From contig JBAYIR010000004.1 in NCBI GenBank assembly GCA_041665505.1, positions 6,797-70,796 on the forward strand: a DNA stretch of 64,000 bases, in the 5' to 3' direction. The position numbers and the translations under genes are program-made. This stretch comes from Patescibacteria group bacterium. GTDB taxonomy: Bacteria; Patescibacteriota; Patescibacteriia; UBA1558; GWA2-36-10. This document shows, one piece after another, positions 1 to 10,198 of the stretch; the first letter of the stretch is position 1, and each line of letters starts with the position of its first letter. Under the pieces are notes generated by a model. That model did not search any database. It saw nothing but the letters and a program-made list of their open reading frames with translations, and had not been told where the DNA came from.

Positions 1-218
1 AGTAGTTGTTTTTATCCGTTTCTTCAGACGGAATAAATAAATCGCTTTTCATCTGTTTAGAAATTAATATTTAGCCGGGGGCTTGATATTTTTTCTTTGG
101 TATTCAACTGCTCCTTATAATAATATATGTTTCTGATTTTGTAAAATTATAACACTTTACTTTATAAAAATTAATTGTTATTATTTAAGTATTAAGAATA
201 AATAATAATCATTCTATT

Positions 219-761
219 ATGCCTATAAAAAAAATAAATACTTCTAGTAAAGCTAAAACTAGCTCTAACAAAAATACTGCTAAACTATTATCCAGTGGAG
301 AAGCAGATACTTTGATGGAATTTGAACAATTTATCTCCAAAAAACCTAATAAGTATAATAGGAGTAAGTCTTGGCTAGCTCTGACTTTGATTATTATTAT
401 CTTTTTATTGGGAGCCGTTTGGTTATTTATATCTAGAACAGAGACTATGGAAAAAGAATTTAAGTTTAAGGCTATTTATCTAGATAATGAGCAAACTTAT
501 TATGCCAAAGTAGTCAAAGAGGATGCTTTAAATATTTATTTAGATGAGGTCTATTATATTCAAATAGAAAAACAAACTATTCCGGCTACTGAGGAAGGAG
601 CCGAAGCACAAACAGTTGATGTACCAGTGCTGATTAAAAGAGGACAGGAGTTACATCGTCCACAAGGTTTGATGCAAATCAATAGATCAAAATTAGTAGC
701 GGTTGAAGAAATCGGAGCTGAGTCCCAAATACTAACTGAGATTCAAAGGATTAATCAATAA
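219..761 (+). CDS. hypothetical membrane-anchored protein (one predicted TM helix near residues 50-72)
   Basis: Six-frame ORF with a hydrophobic stretch LALTLIIIIFLLGAVWLFI; no recognisable family; followed by a terminator hairpin. Confidence 0.35.
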   Translation: MPIKKINTSSKAKTSSNKNTAKLLSSGEADTLMEFEQFISKKPNKYNRSKSWLALTLIIIIFLLGAVWLFISRTETMEKEFKFKAIYLDNEQTYYAKVVKEDALNIYLDEVYYIQIEKQTIPATEEGAEAQTVDVPVLIKRGQELHRPQGLMQINRSKLVAVEEIGAESQILTEIQRINQ

Positions 762-780
762 TTTTTCTTTAGTAATTTAA

Positions 781-817
781 TCCATCCATCCAGCCCTTCG
801 CGAAGGGCTGGATTTTT
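781..817 (+). terminator. rho-independent terminator (ccagcccttcgcgaagggctgg + T-run)
   Basis: Perfect 9-bp GC-rich inverted repeat followed by ttttt, directly after the ORF at 219..761. Confidence 0.6.
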
Positions 818-870
818 GTTTATTTAATCAAACTATAAAGTGTCTAGAATTACTTTACACTTTTTACTTT

Positions 871-1134
871 ATGGTTTATAATATAGACACCTTTATGCAA
901 AAGAGGATTAAGGATACAGGTCTGGTCAAAATTGGAGAACTAGCTAATATGTTCTCTGTTTTGCCGTCGACTATAAATTTTTATACTAGAGAAGGACTGA
1001 TCAAAGAAGATAGCCGTTCACAGGGTGGCTATCGTCTTTATAATCCTCATAAAGCCTTGCAAGCTTTAAAAAAAATTGAAGTTTTGCAAAGCAAAAAAAG
1101 ATATACCATAGAGGAAATCAAAAAGTTGTTATAA
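871..1134 (+). CDS. small MerR-family HTH DNA-binding protein
   Basis: Motif KIGELANMFSVLPSTINFYTREGLI...GYRLYN matches the MerR-type helix-turn-helix pattern (..tLRyYe..GLl.p.R...gyR.Y). Confidence 0.5.
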   Translation: MVYNIDTFMQKRIKDTGLVKIGELANMFSVLPSTINFYTREGLIKEDSRSQGGYRLYNPHKALQALKKIEVLQSKKRYTIEEIKKLL

Positions 1135-1411
1135 ACCTCTTAGGCCTTTTTTCATGCTTAAAGGCCTAAGAGTTTATATATAGGATGATTAATAAAACAA
1201 AAAATGAAAAAAAGATTGGACAAGGTATTTTGCTTACCAACTGGCGGTCAAAATAAAGTTTATCGAGCTAAATGTGGTAAAAAACACAAAAAAAGTTTTT
1301 GGCAGACTCTATATTCTTTGTTTTTCTAAGTCCGCATAGTGGTTAATACTGGAAATGTTGTCAAAATGGGCTTTTTCGGTTAGAATAAGCAAACTAGATT
1401 AAAATTAGAAT

Positions 1412-4321
1412 ATGGTAGATTTTAAGGAAAAAGAAAAAGAAATACTGGATTTTTGGGAGAAAAATAAGATTTTTCAAAAATCAATAGATAAAAATGCTCC
1501 CCAAGGAGACTATCTTTTTTATGATGGCCCGCCTTTTGCCACTGGCACGCCTCACTATGGTCATTTGGTTGGTTCTGTTATGAAAGATGTAGTACCTAGA
1601 TATTGGACTATGAAGGGTTATAGAGTAGAGAGAAAATGGGGTTGGGATGTGCATGGTCTGCCGATTGAAAATATTGTGGAAAAAGAGCTCGGCTTTGCTA
1701 CCAAAAAAGATATAGAAAAATACGGCATTGATAAATTCAATGAAAGTTGTCGTAGTCGGGTCATGGAATATGCTGATGCTTGGAAAGGTACTATTCGTCG
1801 TCTGGGTCGCTGGGTAGATATGGAAAATGACTACAAGACCATGGATTTAAACTATATGGAGACTATTTGGTGGGTCTTCAAAGAACTCTGGAACAAGGGT
1901 CTTATATATGAGGACTACCGCTCCATGCATATTTGCCCTAGATGTGAAACTACTCTGTCACAATCAGAAGTAACTGAAGGTTATAAAGATATTAAAGATT
2001 TGTCCGTCACGGCTAAATTTGAGCTTATTGATGAGCCAAATACATTTGTATTGGCTTGGACTACTACTCCTTGGACATTGATAGGCAATGTGGCTTTAGC
2101 AGTGGGCAAAGATATTGATTATGTAAAAGTAGAAGTAGAAGATTCAAAATATATTATAGCCAAAGAGTTAATAAAAAATTATCAAAAAGAGCTAGGAGAT
2201 AATCCAAAAATTATAGAGGAATTCAAAGGTCAAGATTTACTTGGTAAAAAAGTAAAACCTTTATTTGATTATTACTATAATGATAAAAATTTAGCTAATA
2301 GAGAAAGAGGCTGGCAAATATACGCTGGTGATTTTGTCACCACTGAAGAAGGAACAGGTGTGGTTCATATGGCGCCAGCTTTTGGTGAAGATGATATGAA
2401 ATTGGGTAAGGAAAATAATTTACCTTTTATCCAACACGTAGCTATGGATGGTTCTATCAATACTGAAGCCACTGATTTTGCAGGACTCAATGTCAAACCA
2501 AAAGATGATCACACTACTACTGATGTAGCTATTATAAAATATCTAGCGGCTAAGGGCTTACTTTTTGCTAAAGAAAAATATGAGCATAGCTATCCACATT
2601 GTTGGCGTTGTGAAACACCGCTCTTAAATTATGCTACCTCATCTTGGTTTGTAAATGTCACCAAGATAAAACCGGAGCTACTTAAAAACGCCAAACATAT
2701 AAATTGGGTACCAAACCATATCAAAGACGGCCGTTTTGGTAAATGGCTAGAAGGAGCTCGTGATTGGTCAATATCCAGACAAAGATTTTGGGGTTCAGTT
2801 ATACCAATTTGGGTTTGTGATAAATGTGGAGAAAAAAAAGTAGTGGGCTCAGTGGATGAATTATATGATCTCAGTGGTGAGAAAGTAACTGATCTGCACA
2901 AGCATGTAGTAGATAAAATAAGTTTTGCTTGTTCTTGTAGCGGCACCATGACTCGTATCCCTGATGTTTTGGATTGTTGGTTTGAGTCAGGCTCAATGCC
3001 TTATGCTCAATCACATTATCCATTTGAAGCTAAAAAAGATTTTGAAAAAAAATTCCCAGCCAAGTTTATTGCTGAAGGGGCTGATCAAACTAGAGCTTGG
3101 TTTTATTATCTACACGTCATAGCTGGTGGTATCAAAGATAGTCATGCTTTTGAAAATTGTATAGTAAATGGCATTGTACTGGCCGAAGATGGTAAGAAGA
3201 TGGCTAAGAGATTAAAAAATTATCCAGAACCAGATTTGATAATGGAGCAATATGGAGCTGATGCCTTGAGAATGTATCTATTATCTTCACCAGTAATGAT
3301 GGCCGAAGATTTCAATTTTACTGAAAAAGATTTACAAACTACCTATCGTCGTTTTACTGGCATCTTGCAAAATGTTTTGAATTTTTATTTGATGTTTTCG
3401 GGGGAGAAAAAATTATCTGGAGCTTTGCCCAAAAAAGTAGACAACGATCTTGATAAATGGATTATTAGTAAACTGGTTAGTCTGCAGCACGAAGTAGCTA
3501 GTGAAATGGAAGCTTATAATCTAGTCAAAGCTAGTCGTCCAATATTTGATTTTGTAGATGATCTTTCTACTTGGTATGTCAGACGCTCTCGCGACAGATT
3601 CAAAGACGGAGATAATCAGGCTATTACTACTTTGGCTTTTATCTTAAAAGAACTATCAAAAATAATTGCTCCTTTTGCTCCGATGACCGCGGAAGCAATT
3701 TATATGGAATTTGAAAATAACCAAGAATCAGTTCATTTGGAAAAGTGGAAAGTATTGGAGAAAAGATTGATTGATAGCAAAATTTTTAATCAGATGGATG
3801 TTATTAAGCAAGTTGCTGAGAGGGCACATGCTCTAAGAGCCAAATCTGGTATGAAAGTTAGACAACCATTAGCCACTTTACAGATTACTTTGGGTAAAGA
3901 TATAAAATTGGAAGAAAATTATAGTGAAATATTAAAGGATGAATTAAATGTTGAAAACATTGCCATTGTAAATAAATTAAATGAATCAGCTGGCTGGATA
4001 GTTGATGATACAGGTTTTGCTTTGGCAAAAATTTCTTTGGATACCAATCTGACAGACGAGCTTAAAGATAGAGGTGTAATCAGAGAACTGATTAGATTTA
4101 TCAACGCTATGAGAAAAGAGGCTGGTCTCAAACCAAGTGACAGTCCAGTAGAAACTTATAATACTAAGTCTGATTATTTAAAATCCGTAATTGTTAAATA
4201 TAAAGCTGAATTGATGACTGGTACTTCAGCTGGAGATTTGCTAGAAGTAGAGGAAAATCCCAAGATTAATAATACAGTCAAAGTAAACGAAGCAGAAGTT
4301 ACTTTAGGATTAAAATTGTAA
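1412..4321 (+). CDS. ileS: isoleucyl-tRNA synthetase, type 2 (eukaryote/archaeal-like)
   Basis: HIGH-region PPFATGTPHYGHL; KMSKS-region KMAKRLKNYPEPD typical of IleRS2; N-terminus EILDFWEKNKIF; 969 aa class I synthetase. Confidence 0.85.
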   Translation: MVDFKEKEKEILDFWEKNKIFQKSIDKNAPQGDYLFYDGPPFATGTPHYGHLVGSVMKDVVPRYWTMKGYRVERKWGWDVHGLPIENIVEKELGFATKKDIEKYGIDKFNESCRSRVMEYADAWKGTIRRLGRWVDMENDYKTMDLNYMETIWWVFKELWNKGLIYEDYRSMHICPRCETTLSQSEVTEGYKDIKDLSVTAKFELIDEPNTFVLAWTTTPWTLIGNVALAVGKDIDYVKVEVEDSKYIIAKELIKNYQKELGDNPKIIEEFKGQDLLGKKVKPLFDYYYNDKNLANRERGWQIYAGDFVTTEEGTGVVHMAPAFGEDDMKLGKENNLPFIQHVAMDGSINTEATDFAGLNVKPKDDHTTTDVAIIKYLAAKGLLFAKEKYEHSYPHCWRCETPLLNYATSSWFVNVTKIKPELLKNAKHINWVPNHIKDGRFGKWLEGARDWSISRQRFWGSVIPIWVCDKCGEKKVVGSVDELYDLSGEKVTDLHKHVVDKISFACSCSGTMTRIPDVLDCWFESGSMPYAQSHYPFEAKKDFEKKFPAKFIAEGADQTRAWFYYLHVIAGGIKDSHAFENCIVNGIVLAEDGKKMAKRLKNYPEPDLIMEQYGADALRMYLLSSPVMMAEDFNFTEKDLQTTYRRFTGILQNVLNFYLMFSGEKKLSGALPKKVDNDLDKWIISKLVSLQHEVASEMEAYNLVKASRPIFDFVDDLSTWYVRRSRDRFKDGDNQAITTLAFILKELSKIIAPFAPMTAEAIYMEFENNQESVHLEKWKVLEKRLIDSKIFNQMDVIKQVAERAHALRAKSGMKVRQPLATLQITLGKDIKLEENYSEILKDELNVENIAIVNKLNESAGWIVDDTGFALAKISLDTNLTDELKDRGVIRELIRFINAMRKEAGLKPSDSPVETYNTKSDYLKSVIVKYKAELMTGTSAGDLLEVEENPKINNTVKVNEAEVTLGLKL

Positions 4322-4325
4322 GCCC

Positions 4326-5024
4326 ATGGCTTTTAAGACCGAAGCATTTGTACTGCGCTCTAGGCCTTTTAGAGAGGCTGATAGAATTTATGATCTATTT
4401 ACTCCTCAAGAAGGTGTGCTTTCAGTAGTGCTTCGTTCCGCTGCCAAATCGCAGAGTAAATTAGCCGGTCATCTCATGCCTTTTTATAAAGTCAAAGTAA
4501 TGATTGGTCGTGGTAAGATGGATCATATGGCTGGAGCGTCAATTTTGGAGACCTACAGTAATTTACATAAAGACCTAAAGAGTATGTCACTGGCCTCTTC
4601 AGTAATAGAATTATTTTTGAGTGACAAGTCGATGGGGCAAAAATTTGTGGAATTTTCTTTGTTGGAGCACATTTTTACTATTTTGAATCATCAAGGTATT
4701 ACGATGAATAAAAAAATGATGTTAGTGCGAGCTTTCTTATGGAAGTATTTGTCGGTAGCTGGTTGGCAACCACATTTTGAGTCAAGACAAAATTCTGATA
4801 GTGATGGTATAATGTATATGGAACATGATCATAGCCGAGCAGTACCCATCAGTGGAGAGTTATTTGATTTTTTGCAGTTTATTATCCAATCCGATTGGCC
4901 ACAACTCATAAATTTATCTGTTGATAGTCGGCTCAACAAAGAATGGCTTAGGATTTCAAGAATATATTATCAATCAATATTTGAACAAGCTTCTAAATCT
5001 TTAAAACTATTTACCTATGGCTAA
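4326..5024 (+). CDS. recO: DNA repair protein RecO
   Basis: N-terminus TEAFVLRSRPFREADRIYDLFT..G.LS..LRSAAKSQSKL matches the RecO family pattern. Confidence 0.65.
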   Translation: MAFKTEAFVLRSRPFREADRIYDLFTPQEGVLSVVLRSAAKSQSKLAGHLMPFYKVKVMIGRGKMDHMAGASILETYSNLHKDLKSMSLASSVIELFLSDKSMGQKFVEFSLLEHIFTILNHQGITMNKKMMLVRAFLWKYLSVAGWQPHFESRQNSDSDGIMYMEHDHSRAVPISGELFDFLQFIIQSDWPQLINLSVDSRLNKEWLRISRIYYQSIFEQASKSLKLFTYG

Positions 5025-6855
5025 AATAAAAAAAAGAGAGTTGGATTCAGCTAAAAGAGCTCCAATTAGAAAACAAAATTACGAAGCACCATCTTTGGCT
5101 AAAAAAGAAAGGGAAGTGCCAAAAGAATATCAAACTTTTCAAAAAGCCCCCAAAGGCAAAGGCTCTTGTTTGTGGTTTTTATTTTTACTTTTTGTAGCTA
5201 CCGTAGCTGGATTTTGGTATTTCTCCAAACAAAGTAAGGAGACCATAGAAAATAGTATAAAATTATCTATTGAGGGTCCTCAAGAAATAATTTCAGGCGA
5301 TCAAGCTACTTATAAAATAACTTATGAAAATATAGACCTAGTCACTATGCAGCAGTTGGAACTAGCAGTACGCTGGCCCAATGGATTTTACTTTGATGAG
5401 TCTAACGTAGAAGCTGTCGATGAAAATACTACTACCTGGTTGTTGCCAGATTTAGCTCCTGGTCAAAAGGCTTCTTTGGAGATTAAAGGACAATTAGTTG
5501 GTCAAAAAGATGAAGAGCTGACAACTTCTTTTTCCTTGTCTTATAAACCAGAAAATTTTAATTCAGATTTTAAAGTCAAAGATAGTATCAATACAAAAAT
5601 ATCTGATGCCAAAATTGAACTTAGTGTTGAAACTGTTGATAAAACCTTGGTGGCTACTAATCAGGAAATGAAAGTTAATTTTACAAATTTAACAGAAGAA
5701 AATTTAACAGAACTTTATATTGATATTTTATATCCTGATGATTTTGAAATAACTCAAAAGACTGATGATACAGCCTTAGTAAACCCAGGAGAAGAAGAAT
5801 TTGCAGTAGATTTTGTCAAAGAAGGAGATTATTTCAAATTAAATCTGGATGCTAAGCAAAGTAAGACCATGTTGATTAATGGATTTTTTACAGTTGATAG
5901 TAAAGCCGAGCAATTATTGGTAGCTGAAATTGGTAATATGGCTGATGGAAAATTTCGTCGATTGGCCAGAGTAGAAAAAAATATTATAGTTATCAATCCA
6001 AAATTTGATATGGATTTTACTATCAATGGCCAAAAGGGTGATCAATCTATAAATTGGGGAGATACATTAGAATACCAATTAAAAGTGACCAATAGTAGTC
6101 AGGAAGCTATATCAGACGCAGTAATTATAGCTACTATAGATAGTTTGGCCCTTGATTGGAATAGTTTGGATACAGTTGGAAATTATAATGAAGGTAAAAT
6201 TACTTGGACCAAAAATGAAAATACCGATTTGAGTAGTTGGCCAGCTGGAGAAGCTAGAACATTCACTTGGAAAGTAAATGTAGTTAAAGATCCTCAACCA
6301 GATCGGATGGTAGAAAATATTATTGAAATAAAGATAGCTGGCCTAGAAGCTTGGCAGCAAGTTAGTTCTCCTTTAGTGTTAACTATTGGTGAAAGTCTTA
6401 GCTTTAATAATGGAGTATATTGGGATTTGGGTGGTCGAAGAGTAGGCTCTGGTCTATTACCACCTCAGGTCAATGAAAGTACAGAGTATTTGGTAGTTTG
6501 GTCTTTACCTCAGGCTACTGGTGCTTTTGATCAGGTGACTGTCAGCACCAATTTACCACCCCAAGTAGATTTTATTTCGGAAATGGATATTCAAGAAGGA
6601 ACTTTGGAGTTTGATTTAGAGGGGCGTAGTTTAGTTTGGTCTATGGAAAATTTTTCGGATATTAATCTGCCCACCACAGCTTCTTTTGTAGTCAGACTTA
6701 CTCCTGGTCAGGAAAATATTGGGCAAGCTATGACTATACTTAATACCACCACAGTGAAAGCTAGCGGTGTAGAAGATGTAGTGGTGCGTTCTAAAATTAT
6801 AAAAACTTCTGATGTCATGTCAGATAGTAGCGAGCCTATTGGTATTGTAGAATAA
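5017..6855 (+). CDS. large hypothetical N-terminally membrane-anchored extracellular protein (repeat/beta-rich)
   Basis: Single N-terminal TM (CLWFLFLLFVATVAGFWYF) then 550 aa Thr/Asn/Val-rich; start overlaps the recO stop; no family recognised. Confidence 0.35.
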   Translation: MAKIKKRELDSAKRAPIRKQNYEAPSLAKKEREVPKEYQTFQKAPKGKGSCLWFLFLLFVATVAGFWYFSKQSKETIENSIKLSIEGPQEIISGDQATYKITYENIDLVTMQQLELAVRWPNGFYFDESNVEAVDENTTTWLLPDLAPGQKASLEIKGQLVGQKDEELTTSFSLSYKPENFNSDFKVKDSINTKISDAKIELSVETVDKTLVATNQEMKVNFTNLTEENLTELYIDILYPDDFEITQKTDDTALVNPGEEEFAVDFVKEGDYFKLNLDAKQSKTMLINGFFTVDSKAEQLLVAEIGNMADGKFRRLARVEKNIIVINPKFDMDFTINGQKGDQSINWGDTLEYQLKVTNSSQEAISDAVIIATIDSLALDWNSLDTVGNYNEGKITWTKNENTDLSSWPAGEARTFTWKVNVVKDPQPDRMVENIIEIKIAGLEAWQQVSSPLVLTIGESLSFNNGVYWDLGGRRVGSGLLPPQVNESTEYLVVWSLPQATGAFDQVTVSTNLPPQVDFISEMDIQEGTLEFDLEGRSLVWSMENFSDINLPTTASFVVRLTPGQENIGQAMTILNTTTVKASGVEDVVVRSKIIKTSDVMSDSSEPIGIVE

Positions 6856-6857
6856 TT

Positions 6858-8000
6858 ATGTTTAGTCTAAAGCAAAAATCAAAAAAATCTAAAGCTAGAT
6901 TAGGGGTACTAAAGACTGCTAGAGGAGAAATTAGTACTCCTTTTTTTATGCCTATTGCTACCAAAGCGGCTATTAAATCTTTAACAGCTCAAGAGGTAAA
7001 AGATTTGGGTTTTGAAATTATACTTTCCAATACTTATCACAATCTGCTTCGACCTGGTTTAGAGGTGATTAAAAAGTTTGGTGGTTTGCACAAGTTTATG
7101 AATACCGACTTGCCGATTTTGACGGACAGCGGTGGTTATCAAGTTTTTTCTTTGGCTAAATTTCGAAAGATTATAAATAATAATATTGAATTTCAATCGC
7201 ACATTGATGGTTCACGTCATATTTTAAATCCAAAAAAAGTGATTGATATTCAAGTAGCCCTAGGTAGTGATATTATGATGGTCCTTGATGAATGTGTCGG
7301 ACTACCGACTAGCCGAGCCAAAGCTCTAGAGGCTTTAGAACGAACTACTACCTGGGCACAGATAGCACTTGATTATAAAAATAAATTAAATCAAAAATCA
7401 AGCCAGATAAAAAAACAATTAATTTTTGGTATTGTGCAAGGAGCTGATTTTAAAGACTTGCGTCTGCGCTCTGCTCAAGAATTGTTAGTAATAGATAGTA
7501 ATTTTTCCGCCAAAGGCGGACCAGCCTCTGGCTGGGATGGCTATGCGGTCGGGGGTTTAGCAGTAGGCGAGTCAACTAAGACTATGTATAAGGTTTTAGA
7601 TTATACCGTGCCAGTTTTGCCAGAAAACAAAGCTCGCTATCTAATGGGAGTAGGTTATCCAGAAAATATTATAGAAGCAGTCAAGCGCGGTATTGATATG
7701 TTTGACTGTGTTATTCCCACTCGGGAAGCTCGGCACGGCAAGTTGTATTTATGGAATGGTCAGCCAGATGTCACTAAAAAGAATTTTTATAAAACCATAA
7801 ATATCAATAATGCTAAATTTGTCAAAGATAGCAGCTCAATTAATAATAGTAATCTGAAAAATTATTCTAAAGCTTATTTGCATCATCTATTTAAAACTCA
7901 AGAGCCGCTAGCTCTAAGTTTGGCTACTTTAAATAATTTATATTTTTATGCTAGTTTAATGACCAACATTAGATTGGCAGTCAAGAAAAATAAATTATAA
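6858..8000 (+). CDS. tgt: queuine tRNA-ribosyltransferase
   Basis: ARLGVLKTARGEISTPFFMPIATKAA..., LPILTDSGGYQVFSL, Zn-site region CVIPTREARHG. Confidence 0.85.
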   Translation: MFSLKQKSKKSKARLGVLKTARGEISTPFFMPIATKAAIKSLTAQEVKDLGFEIILSNTYHNLLRPGLEVIKKFGGLHKFMNTDLPILTDSGGYQVFSLAKFRKIINNNIEFQSHIDGSRHILNPKKVIDIQVALGSDIMMVLDECVGLPTSRAKALEALERTTTWAQIALDYKNKLNQKSSQIKKQLIFGIVQGADFKDLRLRSAQELLVIDSNFSAKGGPASGWDGYAVGGLAVGESTKTMYKVLDYTVPVLPENKARYLMGVGYPENIIEAVKRGIDMFDCVIPTREARHGKLYLWNGQPDVTKKNFYKTININNAKFVKDSSSINNSNLKNYSKAYLHHLFKTQEPLALSLATLNNLYFYASLMTNIRLAVKKNKL

Positions 8001-8002
8001 TA

Positions 8003-8875
8003 ATGAAAAATGGGAGAGGCTTTACTTTAATAGAAATAATCATGGCTGTAGGGATTATAGCTCTTTTGGCCGCTATTTCTTTTACAGCTATTAACCCCAA
8101 TAGAAGAATAGGTCAAGCTAACGATGCTTTGAGAGAGGCTGCTCTAGCTGGTGTTGGTAAAGCTTTGGAACTTTATGTATCTGATCATGCTAGTTTACCT
8201 TCAGGTTTTATGACCGCTAACATAAATATTGGGCATAAAGTAGTGCTTTGTTCATCCGCTGCTACACTTAGCTGTGATGGTCAAACTAGAGCCTGTCTAG
8301 TAGTAGATGATACAGATTTTCTAACTACTTATTTAGGAGGAGATTTACCAGTTGATCCAGCCAAAAACAATACTACTGATACAGGCTATTATATTACTAG
8401 AATCAGTGGTGATGCTATATCATTTGGAGCTTGCGATGCTTATCAAAGTGCTAATATACAAATAGCTACACAGGTAGCTTTAGCTCCATATATTGTCACT
8501 TGCGGTGATGGTGATATTGGAGGAGCTGAGGTCTGTGATGATGGTAACACCACCACTGAAACTCAAATTTGTAATAATGATATTTTAGAAACAGGTAACC
8601 ACTGTAATGCAGATTGTAGTCAGGAAATAGTTTTGACTGAAACTTGTGATGATGGTCCTGAAAGCTGTGGCGATGGAGCAAAACAAAGTGGTACTTTTTG
8701 TAATGCTACTTGTAATGGTAATTATACAGTGAGTGAAGTCTGTGATTATACAGGATTTGCTTGTAGTGAAGCTCCTATTGCTCCTCATACTGGTGCTGTA
8801 GGTTGCCCTAGCGCTCCTTTTTGTAATGCAGATTGTAGTGCTTGTGTAAAAACATGTCCAGCCCCTCCAGCATAG
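8003..8875 (+). CDS. type IV pilin-like protein with C-terminal cysteine-rich (Myxococcus-type CGDG...CDDGN) repeat domain
   Basis: Class III signal peptide / prepilin motif MKNGRG|FTLIEIIMAVGIIALLAA; C-terminus has CGDGDIGGAEVCDDGNTTTE and 20+ Cys. Confidence 0.7.
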   Translation: MKNGRGFTLIEIIMAVGIIALLAAISFTAINPNRRIGQANDALREAALAGVGKALELYVSDHASLPSGFMTANINIGHKVVLCSSAATLSCDGQTRACLVVDDTDFLTTYLGGDLPVDPAKNNTTDTGYYITRISGDAISFGACDAYQSANIQIATQVALAPYIVTCGDGDIGGAEVCDDGNTTTETQICNNDILETGNHCNADCSQEIVLTETCDDGPESCGDGAKQSGTFCNATCNGNYTVSEVCDYTGFACSEAPIAPHTGAVGCPSAPFCNADCSACVKTCPAPPA

Positions 8876-8935
8876 AATTTTTAAATATGTTTATTGATAA
8901 AAATATAGTATAATAATATTATTGAAATAAATATT

Positions 8936-9739
8936 ATGTGTTGTTGTATAAAACAAAAAAAAGGATTCACCTTAGTAGAATTGACAATAGTTATTGCTGT
9001 GGCTTTGATACTTTCAGCTTCAGCTTTTTTGGTACTTAATCCTACTAAGCGTATTGGTCAGACCAATGATGCCAGGCGTTTTGAAGATGTAACAGCTCTA
9101 GCCAAAGCTGTAGAGCTTTATCAAATTGATAATGATGCTTTACCTACTACTTTGGCTACGGCTAATGTTAATGTTGGGCATAAAGTAGTGCTTTGTTCAT
9201 CAGCGGCTACACTTAGCTGTGATGGTCAAACTAGAGCTTGTCTGGTATTAAATGATACAGATTTTTTTGTCAATTATTTGGGAGGAAGTTTGCCAGTTGA
9301 TCCAACTAAAACTAGTACCGCTGACACTGGCTATTATATTGGTAGGAGTGGTGATAAAATGATTTTTGGGGCTTGTGATACTTATGAAGCCCCAACTATA
9401 GAATACATTGCTAAAGCCAGTTTAGGCGTCTATAGCTCAACTTGTGGCGATGGTGCCACTGAAGGAGCTGAAGTCTGTGATGATGGAGATGTCACTACTG
9501 AGGGGTGTCGCAATGGAGCACTAGATCTGGCCGGCACTTACTGTAATTCTACTTGTACGGCCCAGATTGTGATTAATACGTCAGAAGTCTGTGATTCAAA
9601 TGCAGCAGGTGGCTGCTTTGACTGGCCTACTAGTTCGCAATATCATGATAGAGTAGTATATAGTACAGCATGTAAAAATTATGCATTATGTTCCTCGGAT
9701 TGTGACAGCTGTGTGGCAGCCTGTATGGGTGAGCCATAG
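8936..9739 (+). CDS. type IV pilin-like protein, paralog of the upstream gene, with cysteine-rich repeat domain
   Basis: Prepilin motif KKG|FTLVELTIVIAVALI; block NVNVGHKVVLCSSAATLSCDGQTRACLV nearly identical to the upstream paralog; CGDGATEGAEVCDDGDVTTE. Confidence 0.7.
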   Translation: MCCCIKQKKGFTLVELTIVIAVALILSASAFLVLNPTKRIGQTNDARRFEDVTALAKAVELYQIDNDALPTTLATANVNVGHKVVLCSSAATLSCDGQTRACLVLNDTDFFVNYLGGSLPVDPTKTSTADTGYYIGRSGDKMIFGACDTYEAPTIEYIAKASLGVYSSTCGDGATEGAEVCDDGDVTTEGCRNGALDLAGTYCNSTCTAQIVINTSEVCDSNAAGGCFDWPTSSQYHDRVVYSTACKNYALCSSDCDSCVAACMGEP

Positions 9740-9814
9740 GGCCTTAGGACTGATATTATTTTTAAAACCGTCTAGTATAACTCGGCGGTTTTTTGATTTT
9801 ATGCTATAATTTAT

Positions 9815-10198
9815 TTGATGACACAAAACATAATAATACAAGCTAGTAAGATTTTGTTGATTGATTTAATAGGGGAAATTCTTTATTTCCCTATTTGGTG
9901 GTATAGTCAGGGACTAAAAAGGACAGTGCTTTATGTTTTTAACTCTATTAAAAATACTAATCGTAATTTGGCTGTCGGCTTAATGTTTAAAAGTCTGTTT
10001 AAGCCAATGTTTGGTCAATATGACAGAGAGGGGCGAATAATTAGTTTTTTCTTTAGACTGATTTTGACTTTTGCTCGCTCCATAGTTTTTTTGATTTTGT
10101 TGTGTCTTTATTTACTGATGATAGTTTTTTGGATATTTTTGCCAGTCTTAGTAGTTTGGGGTATTTTTAATAATTTTAATACTTTATGGAAGGCCTAA
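9815..10198 (+). CDS. small hypothetical polytopic membrane protein
   Basis: Three or four hydrophobic helices; stop overlaps the start of the downstream Clp-like gene (translational coupling). Confidence 0.3.
   Translation: MMTQNIIIQASKILLIDLIGEILYFPIWWYSQGLKRTVLYVFNSIKNTNRNLAVGLMFKSLFKPMFGQYDREGRIISFFFRLILTFARSIVFLILLCLYLLMIVFWIFLPVLVVWGIFNNFNTLWKA

Noticed and set aside
1141-1411. 270-nt untranslated region before ileS considered as a T-box leader
   Set aside because: No T-box consensus (AATTAGGGTGGNACCGCG) or specifier/antiterminator arrangement was found. It is just AT-rich with one hairpin after the MerR-like gene.
2629-2949. Antisense ORFs inside ileS (2629..2949-, 3919..4131-) and similar antisense or overlapping ORFs inside other long genes (e.g. 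26159..26620-, 39515..39916-, 45360..45719-, 24481..24861-)
   Set aside because: They are embedded opposite to, or out of frame with, strongly supported conserved genes. They have low-complexity composition and no start context, so I read them as spurious.
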